From Phoronis australis (lineage: Eukaryota; Animalia; Phoronida): 64,000 nucleotides of DNA. The position numbers and the translations under genes were made by a program. Location: assembly GCA_002633005.1 (NCBI GenBank), contig NMRA01000079.1:58330-122329 (forward strand), in the 5' to 3' direction. Shown one piece after another: positions 35,990-48,500 of this stretch; within the stretch, counting starts at the first letter, position 1; every line of letters starts with the position of its first letter. Under the pieces are notes generated by a model. It was not told the origin of the DNA and did not search any database. It saw nothing but the letters and a program-made list of their open reading frames with translations.

Positions 35990-37991
35990 CTATGTGCCAA
36001 TTGCTAAAAGAAGCTCCAAAATCATGCCCTGGGGACCAATGACAACATAAATAAGGACGACTGCGACAACGACCAGCGAGACGCAGATAGCTAATACACT
36101 GAGGGCGAGGGATATCCGCGCCCTCTGACGAGCCGTGTCCGGGTGCCCTGACGCCCATTCCTTGTCCGATTGGAAGGAGAACCACAGAGCCAGCGGACCC
36201 ATTAGAAGGTTTGTGCAGGTTGCGACGATGGCCAACATCCGGTAGTTACTGGGAGCCTGTTGTAAGCCTGGTGAGAGCTGGAAATGGTAAGCGTGCCTTG
36301 AATATCTTTACCAACAATGTCTTAACGACGTCATTTAAATATTTTTTTTGTTTCCATCTCTTCAAAACATGAGTTAGGCTCATAAAGCGCAAGATATCAC
36401 TTAAGTAGGACATATTCAAATTAAATTACTGGGTTAGGTACTCGTCAGATTTTCTTCAGCTACAATGAGGATTGCTAATCAAAAGGTCCATTTAGAGACT
36501 AGCCAGCCACTTGGCTGCAGCATCAGTGACTAAACGGATATGCACCGAGGCTAGGTCGAGAGCTGAACCCTGGGTCGGTACTGCGAACATTGCTGGTGAG
36601 AAGAAAGATTCCTACACCCCATTATCCATCGTGCTTAATTGCACTTGCACCGGCGGCATCAGAATGCCAAGACCGATTATGGTTTGTTACGCTGTACTCA
36701 GCTTATCTGGACAGGCATATACATGTATGTTTTACCAAGGTGGATATATTAAAAGCAGTCTCCGAGACTTCCCCTATTAGTCGCTCTCCAAATGTCCCAA
36801 TAAAAAGGTAGAAGATGTTGAAAACGACCCCGATGTCAAAATAAAACATTGTAGGCCTAATGTTTTATTTAAAGCATCTGGCCGGTTGTGTAATTAGTTC
36901 ACTTTACGACAGACCAGTCAGGCATATACACGAACTAGCGTTTGTTTAGTTCGTTGTATGTTCGATCGCCTTTGTGCGCGAATCATGTCTCTTCTCTTTA
37001 AAGTCTTAAGTGCCTTTTTTATATGTTTGACCACCAGACTTTCAGTTGAAGCGACATGTGTACCAGTGGCACGGCATGCAACGTGATTGGTTAAGTTTCT
37101 GTTAATCTGAGTTGAGGCCTGGGTCCCTTTTCATGAAACTGGCTTAAGACTTATGGGTTAGAACCAAAATTCGGGCTTAGTTAAGACCTAAGGCGAAATT
37201 TTGGTCTTTGTTCTTAAATTAGACAGAAATTAAACCGGATTTTGATATAGGAGAGCATACACTAGAATATTTCACTTTCGCCACCTGTTGCGAATTCATA
37301 AAACTAAGCGAGGCAGTGTGGTGGAGAGGACTCTGGCATGTCATTTCGTATGTGCCGGTAAGTTGTCTATACGGTCTTTGTCGGTTCTTGAATCGAAAGC
37401 AGACGATCATCACTTTGACATTGTTTCAGGACATTAGAGTGTGAAAAATATAAACGGATACAGTAATAATACTCCTAGGTGTTGCTCGTCCTATGTGCTT
37501 AAGATTGGACATTTGGTCGGACCAAATGTCCAATCTTAAGCACATAGGACACTAACTTCGCGCTTTAGCTTAGACCGATTTCGGGCTAAAGAAATTTTAT
37601 GAATCGAAGACAGTCTCATTTAAGACAGAAAAGGATTCAAAAACGGCCCCTGGTCTTAAACTTGCATCAATAGAGTTACATTTGCTGCCCGGAAAGAGGC
37701 ACGTGTTACCTTGAGTATGGGTTCGGGTTTTGCGCCAACAGGAACATCTGTGAAATTGTCGACATCGTCGTCTGTTGTACCTTGAACAACATCAACCAAA
37801 TCGACATGAGTTTCAGGGTCTGCAGCAGTGAGTGTCGGAGGCGCTGTAGGGCCGACACTTGAGTTGAGGATAGAATTAGTCCCACTGTCTCCAGATATTT
37901 TTCCATCATTGGAATTGGATAAATTTGCGTGTTTTAGGACCTGGACCTCAGCTACAGTGTCTGGCGAGTCTACTTTCATGTCACGTTCCAT
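35990..37991 (-). CDS. CD225/dispanin (IFITM/PRRT-like) membrane protein, 2 exons, 189 aa
   Basis: Exon 37991-37710 (low-complexity N-terminus, aag|gtaaca) joins in phase 0 to 36277-35990 (ttccag|LSPGLQQAPSNYRMLAIVATCTNLLMGPLALWFS...GHPDTARQRARISLALSVLAICVSLVVVAVVLIYVV), the CD225 two-hydrophobic-segment pattern. Confidence 0.85.
37121..37611 (+). mobile_element. Harbinger-like MITE in the CD225 intron (homologue 59595-60256)
   Basis: GG....TTTCATGAAA termini, TTAAGAC subrepeats, shared internal AAAACTAAGCGA and TTTGACATTGTTT.AGGACATT. Confidence 0.65.
37488..37550. repeat. Perfect palindrome, 31-bp arms with 1-nt spacer
   Basis: GTCCTATGTGCTTAAGATTGGACATTTGGTC-G-GACCAAATGTCCAATCTTAAGCACATAGGAC. 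Confidence 0.97.
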
Positions 37992-38615
37992 ATCTACAAA
38001 GCTCCTTCGGACAGACTGTGGATTTGTAGCCTACCTTAAGTGATACACTCAGTACAGTTTTTCGCTTCACTTAGGTATCAGCTATACAATAGGCCAGCAG
38101 AAATATCTACGGAAGACAAACGACAGGGAGCTGCGCGGGTTAAATTCTACTCCTAACCCAGTGGTTGCTCGCGACAGTAAGAAGACAAAAATACGTAATC
38201 ACATGGCACAAGACCACCACCCGCGTAAAACCACTTCTCACGTCGTTTCAGTACCTGAGTGCAGAAGAAAACGTGGGCATCTACGGAAGAGAAAGTTACA
38301 GATTCCGTCTATCTTTGCTATGACGAAAGTTCAATATTTTTGTGGTGACGAGTCAATATTTCTGTAGACCTAAGTGACTGTCACGTTGTGTGCAAATTTA
38401 ATACACGAGCTGGTGTGTCTAAGACACAAATATAGACAACAATGGATTCTATGCAAAACAACTGACTGTGCTTAATCCTCGCGACACTGCCAGGACTGGA
38501 CAACAATAACTGATCTCAGACATTGAATCCATTTTACAACACTGCAATCAATCGATTGTGCCCGCTACTTCAAATAGCGGCTGTCCCCTGGCGCCGGCTG
38601 CAGCAGCGTGTCACA

Positions 38616-40513
38616 TAGCCAGCCAGCTAGCTGTATGAACACTGTCGTTAAAATACAGCTAGGTACCAGTCACAGGCGCTCGAATTTCCCGATGACTCAT
38701 AACCATATATAAGAAACATAAAAGTTGGACACTAAAACTTTGTCAAGCCGAGGCTCCCAACTTCAACTGTCCAAAATCCAAATAAAATCTGCGTGCACCT
38801 CCCTCAGTCTGGTATTGCATAAACCTTCGAAGCCTTATCTTTCCTAGATCCTATTAACTGTCCTCGTGAGTGGTAAATTGGCGATGGAATTTCCAAAACA
38901 ATCTCAAAACTCGGAATTCAAGGACCTAAAATATTAAACATGGCGGATTTCAGTTGTGCTTCAACTTGTACGCCTGTCGTAGGTGAAACTTCGAGTTGAG
39001 CAAGCAACCTATATTTCAAATTCAATAATTCTAATCCAAAACTCGAACTAATTGAGAATGTTAAAGTTAGTATTTTAATGATTATTTGTAACTTTATTCC
39101 ACTGACGGCTCATTTTAGCCCTTAACTTAGAATTTTATTGCATAAACTGGCGTATCTTGTTTCTCATCTTGACATTACGCACTTTTTTGATTGAAGCACA
39201 ACACACACTCGGCCAGGAAACGCAGTCCGTGCAAGTATTACAATGCGCGTGGCCGACGAGTTAACTCAATGGTTTTGGTCAAAACTAAAACCTTCATAAG
39301 AAATCACAGTACACAAAAAACTTCGCATATCATTACAGTATCAGGATAATTTATGTTTGACACAAATATCTCTGATTAGTTACATTTATTAGGCAATGAT
39401 ATATTTTTAAAGTGCTCTCTGCTTCTCAAGACCAAGTAGTCGAGGGATTGACGGCGCGCGAAAATAGACTTTCGGATTTAGCTCTGGAGCGTCCGCCAAA
39501 AACCCGGATGTTCGAAGACCGTCTGCCATGATATCACGGAATAAGGTCCTTGAATTTGTGATTTTGGCATTTTTTGGCGTTTTTGTCGTCAAATCACCAC
39601 TTGAAAGCAATTTGAAGAGATCAAATAAAAGAAGGTATTCAAAGATTTGTTCTATGCAACAAGTTCCGTTCACATTTGAGTAGGAAATTCAGAGCAAACA
39701 GATTGTGTGTGTCCAACCTTTATGTTTTCTTAGTTAGTGTCGTCAGTCGTGATTGAGGAACAGATAAACTCAAGCGCCTGTGGCACCAGTGTGTGTTGAG
39801 CTCCGACAGACCTCGCATACAGCCCAGGTATTTTTGCTCTTTACCTCCCCGTGAAACTTGTATCAACGTGTAGAGCTAAGGACGGACGTGGTCCATGCAA
39901 AATGTGGAAGTCAACCGACACTCACTCCTGACCCATCAGAGCCGTTTCAGTGAAAAACAATCTAATAAACGTCATTTTTGCGTAATTCTCCACCTTTTTT
40001 AACTTAAGTTAAGTATGGTCGTCGTTTTGAAAACAGTACGCTCCGTGACACGCGCATGCGCCATTTCTTAAATTTTTGAGACATCTCTCAGGAGATGATG
40101 ACAAGCTTCGTAAATTTGTTCTGAAATTCGGTTTCCTGGTATCAATATTCCTAAAACTTATAATGAAGTGAATTAAAATGCGATAATTTGTTGTGACATG
40201 TACGCAACCTCGAGGTGACGGTTACAGAACAACAACTTATTGAAGAATAGGCGAAGAAACTAGTCAATACGTGACTCGCTATTTCATGGTGCCGAAAGCC
40301 GACGCAAAAGGTCATAGGCCTACTACAATTTTAGCAGCAGAGTAAAGGTAGGACGCCATTTTCCCAATACCGGTAAGAAAAATTTAGTGTACTCCAGGAA
40401 GAGTGTAATTTTTAATGACGTTAACTTTGTGTCAAGACTTTATCCGGTCATTTTTTACCCACATCGGCGCAATTAAAGCTGTATATTTAATATACAACTT
40501 TGCGCCAAGGCTA
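38616..40513 (+). repeat. Dispersed repeat copy b (of 17979-18704), interrupted by the CACAG element
   Basis: Homology resumes right after the 8-bp TSD at 39790. Confidence 0.75.
38671..39782 (-). mobile_element. CACAG-terminated 8-bp-TSD element, copy 2 (inverted, more diverged)
   Basis: CACAGGCGC...GCGCCTGTG; TSD GTACCAGT/GCACCAGT; body is the reverse complement of 16757-17882. Confidence 0.9.
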
Positions 40514-41139
40514 CATGCCACGATGCAACCTCTGGAGAATTCTTGTTTTATAAGATCCGTCTAGGTAAAAGCTTTACAACTTAATCATTGCACGTTGTAA
40601 TGGATTTTCCCTGAATGCTCATGGTAAACAACCAAATCCTTGTTTTCATAGTTTCCCTTCAGCCAGCACTGAATAAGCTACGACCGACGATGACTCACAC
40701 GGCCACCCAGCGAACCTGGTGACCGGCCTCATACCGTTCCATGTTTTTTCTGAATACATTTACCGTCACAAACAACTAAGTGTATCAAAATACATGTATG
40801 TGTGGGATCAGTGGATCAAATTACGCACCTATTTCAATGTTACATGTATATTTATCAGCAGTCTACAGTGTCTGCACGAACTTGTCATCTAGTACCCAAA
40901 CAGCCACTTGGCGAAGTTGGCCGGGTACGGCCGAAGTGATCACGTAAAGTGATTTGATTCAGAACCAAATTTGAAATTATAACCAACTTTATTATTAGTA
41001 TTGAGTAGTATCAATAATACTACAACAATTTTATTGATATTGTTGTTCATCTATATCCTATGCGTAGCGGATATGCTGGGGCTAGACCTTTTCCTGAGGG
41101 GGGTTCGATCGAGTCCCCGAACCGTACCTGGCTACGGGC

Positions 41140-41691
41140 CAGTTAAACTGACTTTCCCATCTAATTCTCTGATATAAATAATGCTCTCTAACCCTAGACA
41201 ACCCTAAAAAAATTGCTGAAAATTTTGGAAACTCCTTTCAAAGTTTGTTAAACAGGAAAGCGTGACCGACGCTTTTTTTGCGATTACCGTGGAAAAGAAC
41301 ATCCACCATGAACCATAATGTCCAAACTGCGACATGGGGTGTACGAATTTAATTGATTCTTTCCTTAAAAATGATATTAAACTGTGTTTTCTTATTTCAA
41401 CCAATCCTCGTTTTGTCACTTGCTCATGCATCTTTGGCGTCCATATTGAATGATAAAAGCAGGAGTCAACTGAGAATTCATATCCACCATCCACTAATTG
41501 GACATTATGGTGCTTGGTGGGTAATCTTTTCCCATAGATGCGTGTAACTCGCTAACAGCGTAGGTCACGCTTGCCCTTTTAGCAGACTTTGAAAGGAGTT
41601 TGCTAATTTTCCTGAATATTGTTTAAAGTTGTCAAACCGTTACAGAGCATTATTTTGTTTCAGAGTTCTGGATATGAAAATCGTTTTTACT
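41140..41691. mobile_element. Old foldback MITE with ~180-bp diverged arms
   Basis: AATAATGCTCT/AGAGCATTATT, AAACTCCTTTCAAAGT/ACTTTGAAAGGAGTTT, AAGCGTGACC/GGTCACGCTT and CCATAATGTCCAA/TTGGACATTATGG pair in nested order. Confidence 0.75.
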
Positions 41692-41978
41692 ATCTGCTAT
41701 TAGGCCAAAACCGGATTCGGTGTACTTACCTTGGAAGACTGAAGCAAGTTATGCATTAGAAGGTGATACGTGGCATAGGAAGCGGCGAGCTGAGAAGACG
41801 AAAGTGACCCCCCCCCCTTCCATAAATCAATTAAATGGGTACCGGGTATACAACTGTTGGCGTGTCCAAAAGGGTGTCGACGAAGGTGGGCAGCTTAGCA
41901 TAGGTAAATTGGCTCTCGACTGGGGGAGGGGTTAAACTACCTTGGGGCTTAACTGGATGATGACTGAAGCAATAGAAG

Positions 41979-43315
41979 TTAAAGGCGAAGGCAACCTTTT
42001 TCCATGTCATTTTGAGCTTAAATAAGGTTGGTTTGTTATCCTAGACATATTTTACACTTAATTACAGCTTTTCGTAATTTTATTAATTACTCGTCCGCTA
42101 CTCCGGAAGTGACGTTTTAGGAGGCAAGCATTTCGCGCCAATTTCTTTTCATATAGTCTGACTGTGAGAGCTGCCGAGTCAGTCATTGTTCTACCTCGGT
42201 TGTGTTAAGTTCCGTCGTCGTTTGCTTTCATTTACTAGTCAGTCAACATGCCACACTGTTGCTGCGTACCAGGATGTACTAATTATCGGCTCACGCGCGC
42301 TTTGGGAGTACCTTTGCATCGCTTTCCGATGGATGACACANNNNNNNNNNNNNNNNNNNNNNNNNNNNNNNNNNNNNNNNNNNNNNNNNNNNNNNNNNNN
42401 NNNNNNNNNNNNNNNNNNNNNNNNNNNNNNNNNNNNNNNNNNNNNNNNNNNNNNNNNNNNNNNNNNNNNNNNNNNNNNNNNNNNNNNNNNNNNNNNNNNN
42501 NNNNNNNNNNNNNNNNNNNNNNNNNNNNNNNNNNNNNNNNNNNNNNNNNNNNNNNNNNNNNNNNNNNNNNNNNNNNNNNNNNNNNNNNNNNNNNNNNNNN
42601 NNNNNNNNNNNNNNNNNNNNNNNNNNNNNNNNNNNNNNNNNNNNNNNNNNNNNNNNNNNNNNNNNNNNNNNNNNNNNNNNNNNNNNNNNNNNNNNNNNNN
42701 NNNNNNNNNNNNNNNNNNNNNNNNNNNNNNNNNNNNNNNNNNNNNNNNNNNNNNNNNNNNNNNNNNNNNNNNNNNNNNNNNNNNNNNNNNNNNNNNNNNN
42801 NNNNNNNNNNNNNNNNNNNNNNNNNNNNNNNNNNNNNNNNNNNNNNNNNNNNNNNNNNNNNNNNNNNNNNNNNNNNNNNNNNNNNNNNNNNNNNNNNNNN
42901 NNNNNNNNNNNNNNNNNNNNNNNNNNNNNNNNNNNNNNNNNNNNNNNNNNNNNNNNNNNNNNNNNNNNNNNNNNNNNNNNNNNNNNNNNNNNNNNNNNNN
43001 NNNNNNNNNNNNNNNNNNNNNNNNNNNNNNNNNNNNNNNNNNNNNNNNNNNNNNNNNNNNNNNNNNNNNNNNNNNNNNNNNNNNNNNNNNNNNNNNNNNN
43101 NNNNNNNNNNNNNNNNNNNNNNNNNNNNNNNNNNNNNNNNNNNNNNNNNNNNNNNNNNNNNNNNNNNNNNNNNNNNNNNNNNNNNNNNNNNNNNNNNNNN
43201 NNNNNNNNNNNNNNNNNNNNNNNNNNNNNNNNNNNNNNNNNNNNNNNNNNNNNNNNNNNNNNNNNNNNNNNNNNNNNNNNNNNNNNNNNNNNNNNNNNNN
43301 NNNNNNNNNNNTTAA
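41979..43315 (+). mobile_element. THAP-encoding DNA transposon (Kolobok-like), mostly hidden in gap 42341-43311
   Basis: TTAA|AGGCGAAGG... start; ORF from 42248 MPHCCCVPGCTN....VPLHRFPMD is a THAP domain start; sequence resumes after the gap with TTAA. Confidence 0.6.
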
Positions 43316-43830
43316 ACTGATGTCGACTGGTGAGAGTGGGGTCTGGCAATCGCTTCGCCCCACGCGCTAAAGCAGACTTTCCTACGCCACGCTCAAGGTA
43401 AAAAAACAAAAGCATAGACATTTGAATAGAGAAAATTTATTATGCCTTTTCTCACTTTGAGTGAGGTGGTTAACTCTAATTAGTTATTCAAGTAATTAAA
43501 CATCCAAGCAACACATCGAGTAGAAGCGAAGTGTTGTAGATATGTTATTAAAATATATCTTTCAACAATCTTCAGGTAGTCCACAATCATTCTCAAGTCT
43601 GTTCTGAAGGCCACCTATTCGCCATATCACGTGGTCTAATGAACACAAGTCCGGAAAGATTTCTGCCCTCTACCGGGACTCGAACCCAAAGACCTTTTGC
43701 TGTCGTTAATCAACTTAGAAAGTATCCTTCACACACAGAAATATTGTCTTACTGTATAAGAAAGAATTGTTAGTCTTGATGCACGCGTTTTATTGGTTGT
43801 ATCACGTTACCCAACCTTGAAAATGTGTCT

Positions 43831-43903
43831 GCTCCCACCGGGATTTCAATGCGAGACGTTCTGCTAACCGTGCAGACGTTCTAGTCCTCTGAGCTATCGG
43901 AAC
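43831..43903 (-). mobile_element. tRNA-derived SINE head or tRNA pseudogene; second B-box fragment at ~43660-43698
   Basis: Minus strand: GTTCCGA TAGCTCAGAGG (A-box), TCTGC-ACGGTTA-GCAGA stem-loop, degenerate B-box TTGAAATCC; nearby GGTTCGAGTCCCGG. Confidence 0.55.
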
Positions 43904-44555
43904 TACGGGTGGTTTATGAAAACCAAACAGCATCTTACTCAAGCGTTAAAATGCAAATTATGTACTTATATGTTGTTTTGAATAAACGCTTCTCATACCG
44001 TATAAGCAAGAATATTTAACTGTGAAACACGTCATAGAGTGCCTGCACTGTTAGAAGAACTTCCCGATTTCGAACCTTGGTCGGGCGGAGATCTCAGAGA
44101 TATGATGATGGTGTGTCTGTCGCACCCAGTGGCCTGAGTTTTCACGGACAGAAATAAACCAGCTTACTCTGGTCGTAATCATTTTCAATTCAGACGAATT
44201 TTTCAAGTCACCACGTGACCAAAAGGATAATCGTATTTCCTTGGCATGGCTAGAGAAACCATGAGCAAGTTTATGCATTTGAAAAAAGACCAGAGGGTTC
44301 ATTATTGGTAAATTCCTCATTGCTTAATTACAAATACGTGCAAGTCGGTCACCTAGCTCGGGAGTACACTGACAACAAAGGAACAACGATTCCTCTTACA
44401 TCGAGATGCCATGTTGCAAATATAAAAACATCGATCACAGTTCCACGAACATAAACGCGCGCGATTAGTACATTTACCACTGAAAGTATTTCATACGGAA
44501 AGAAATGACTCTGTTGATGTCGAGACACAAATATTTTCACATTGTTTTGGAATTA

Positions 44556-45586
44556 TCAAAACGGATTGATAAAATTCGCCGTGTATGTAGTGTAAGTCCC
44601 AAAGGGTGAAACGGCACTTATGGACGCGGTGTAATTCATGCGGTGACGGTATGTCCAAGAAGGAATCACGTGGTTGGTGTTTAAAGTGGGCAGTCTGTTA
44701 TTCACGTTTACAGTACCAGCGCTTAGACCAATCGAAAGTTCGTATCGTAGAGAGCCCGGACCGGTATAGTTGAACACACCATACCAATCAAGATGAATAT
44801 GACTCGTGATGTTGTTTCGATACAGAGTCGGCATTTCCCTGCTTAATTCTGGAGCTCCAACGTAAAACGTCACCTTTGTGGTAACCGGATCACTTTTCTG
44901 TCCCCCCTTGTTGAGAGCCCTTACCGAAAGGTTGAAAGACTTCAAAAAGTATTCTTTTGTGCAGACGGTAACGAGCACGGGAGCAACTGTTGTTCCGCTC
45001 GTTTGCTGCATGTTAGTACTTGAGATGGTACTAGCGGGAGTGGTGACTTTACCTATGGCAGCCGTTTCTGAAGTCGTGTTGGTCGAATTACCGGAAGATG
45101 GCGGTGCCGTAGTTGTTTCATCTGCAGCTGTTAAGTGTTTCTGATAACAAGAGATATTGAACAGGTCGCTATCTTTCATTGGCAGATTGTCGAGGATAAA
45201 ATGTATGTGTCGTGCCACGCTGATATAGTCAATGACGACAGATTCATCGGATACTTTCAGTTCGTATGACTGAATACCAGCGATGTCCTTAATTCCAGAT
45301 ATGCTTAAATCTAAGATTCCTGTGTTCGACTGATGACCGGACAAGGCGCTAAAATACGTAGATGAAAACGGATGAATAGTCAATTTACCCGAACTTGTGT
45401 CGGGTTTTTGAAGGACGATTAGAAGTGGGTCACCGACAACAGTGCTTTCCAAACGCGCCTGGCTGATACACCTGAGTGAAGGATAGATCTTGGCTCCGTG
45501 GCTCACCGTCAGGCCGGACGTAGCGGCAGTGGATGGTGTGTTGGTCATTGTCCAGGCTAAGACGTCAGTGGCGCCATGTAACAAAC
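44556..45586 (-). CDS. Giant repeat protein, terminal exon (Thr/Ser-rich linker, last FN3-like module, stop)
   Basis: ttccag acceptor, phase 1; ends YTANFINPF*. Confidence 0.88.
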
Positions 45587-48500
45587 CTGGAATTTCACAT
45601 ATTAGAACTTGCCTAAAAGTGAATTATATTTAATGGCAATATTACAAAGTCTTTCTACAACACTTTGTCTTGTGTTTTATCACTTCCGTGAAACATTAAT
45701 TGGCCTGGGATCTCATATTTGACTGAAGACACGGCAGATAAAATTGTAAACGAAACCGTAACTGAAAATTTCGGTTACCATGAATGACAGATCTTACAAG
45801 ATATGTTCAAATACTAATGGTCAATCCACTTTTTCTAGCGCTTGGTGACCAGACAACCTTATTGCGTGAACGAAAGATGCCTCGCGTTAGTAGTTATGCG
45901 ATCCTGTGGTAGGTCTTCATGGTTATCACAGACCAGAAAAAGTGTCATACAACGTGAGAATTGTATATTAGGTAAGGTAAAAAGCGGACATGTCTCGGAA
46001 ATTGCAAAATCTCTTCAGTCTATAAATGAGACCACCAACACGAAGGTTTCTTATTATCGACTGAGTTCTCGAACAAAAATCCCTTAGCAATTAACCACAC
46101 AATTAACGTTTCATTGTCTTCACATTGTAGAAACAAATTTTGCGAGACCCATTCAAAATTTCACGAAGGGAAGTTTAGGCCAATATCAATGAAAACTCTT
46201 TTTACAGGGGCGGTTCCAGGAATTTGAGTTGGGGGGCAGGGCAGAGTATTAGCCAGATTTTGCCTGTGAGAAATTCGCACATCCACACAGCCAAATGGAG
46301 TCTGGAAGAATTTTAGGGTCATGACTAACTTGGCCCGCCTCAAATCCGCCACTGTTTTAGGAAACGATTGACATAATTTATTTACACACGATTTAGCGTG
46401 GTCATTGGAAATATGAGTTGCCAAGAAGTATTTGAACAGATGTTTGATAAAAATGGCTGCCTTAAGTAAAACGTAACTGCACTTACCAAGCGCCCAAAAG
46501 CATTTGTCAATTTTACTCTCTGCACGAATGGTCCACTCGGCACTGATATCGACCGAAGTTGGATTGTTGGCAGTATACGTCATAGAGATATTAGCAACAG
46601 TTGGAGGTAACCAGTCAATCGTAGTTGGAGTTGACACGACGCTGGTTTGTGCTTCAGCTTCGTTAACTACCAATAAAGACACGTAGACTACAAGCCCGTG
46701 AGAAACGGACAAGTCACGGAAGATGTTATAGGGTCGTCGGCCAACGTTTTTCAGATATGCAAGCTGAAGTCCGCCAGGTGTGGTACCGATTCCAATACTG
46801 GTATAACGTATTCTACTCTCATAATCCGTTATGGTCCAATGAACGAATAAGTCCGTCAATCCGATCTGGCGCACAGTAATTGATGCAACTGAGTCAATTG
46901 GCGACGTTCTGACGGCTTGTTTCAAGCTTATCTTTGTCACCGTGATTTTTGACTCCTCCACAAGGCTGAACTCAGTGTTGTCAGCTTCCTCTAACGGTAC
47001 ATCCATAACAAATGTACATTTCGTCAATTCGTCCGTTAGATGGAGCAAGTAGGTGTGGTTGCCTACGTGAATGTCTGAAAACAGTTGCTTGCATGGCGGT
47101 TGTGTTTCTATAAGAATCCTGTAAATACCAGACGACGGAATGCTGACAGTTTGTGTCACCTTGTCCCGCAATTTTAATCCAGTTTCAAAATCCAGTGTAG
47201 TCTTGTTCCCCACTGTCCATGCGCCGTTGAAATTAGCGACACTAACCGTAGAGAAATCGCCGTGGGATAATACATCAGTGCCAAGTGATAATACACGATA
47301 TCCAACAGGTGGCGTTTGATCGTATGTAAATAATGGCGATGCTACGATTGTTTCGTGTCCAGCTGCATCTATCGCCTTGACGAGGATATAGTAAGAGGTA
47401 CCGAGGCTAAGAGACACTGCTGGTTGTGTGACACGATTAGCGATACCAACGTTAACAAAACTTTTGGTGTTGGCGGTCTTATTGTTATCTCCAATGCCCC
47501 AGTGGTATTGCTTTATGAACGAATGTTTGTCACTGAATCCAATCCAACTAATTTCGAATGCATCTTCGCTTGACATGAAACGACGATGGTGACGCCATCT
47601 GCCGTTGAATACAGCTCCGCCCAAGGGCGGCTCATTGTCAATAGTGACACCGTCTGAACTTTTATTAGCCGTGAGTCCAACGTTGTTTACAGCTCTGACG
47701 GTGACGTAGTATTTGCTACCTTGTGGAATACTGAGTCCGGTTTTGGAAAAGGACGTCGCAGTTCCAACGTCTTCCATGGGCAAAATGTCGTTCCCTAAAA
47801 CGAAAGGGCATTTTCTAACGTTATGTTGAGATTGCAAACAGACCCATAATTAATCTAGTTCATGGAAGTGACAGTTTTAATGGATATATAAAAGTGCTTG
47901 CCAAATACGAAAATACAATTTAGACTGTAACGTACACAGTGTTACTTAGGGCCATGGCACACCCCAATGGCTCTCAGAACGACGGTAAAAACAGGAAAGC
48001 AGGCGACTGGAAAACCGATTAAGCTACATATAATTATATACTGTATATTTGCACCGAGTTTCTCCCTGGACGGTGTAATAATTGAAGCATGTTTTGACCA
48101 CGGTGCACGTTTTCACCTGTCCCCGAGCCCACTTCATCAAGTGTTGGGACAGACGCAAACATTCTGCGAACACTTATGGTGACAGAGCCCTTTTCTAGTG
48201 ATATCTCCCTATATTTTTGGAAAACATGCAAACACGCATTCATAAATTGTAAGATTCCTTCTTAATATTTTGTACTACATTTTTGTCCTACTATGAACGA
48301 ATATTTTTGCTTAAAATGTCATGGCCCTGTAACAGAAAAGTAGTTTTCACCACCATCCGGAAAAGGGACAAAACTCCAGTGGGAATAGACTAAGCGTAGT
48401 ACAATGCTAGGAAGAATTATATAGACACTGTCGCATTCGAGGCAAGTTTTTGATCAAAGTGGCCTGAGACGGGCAAGAATAGGGCAAAAAAGCAAACCAA

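Noticed and set aside
42186-43421. 355-394 aa ORFs
   Set aside because: Their length comes from N-gap read-through; only the 31-aa THAP start is real sequence.
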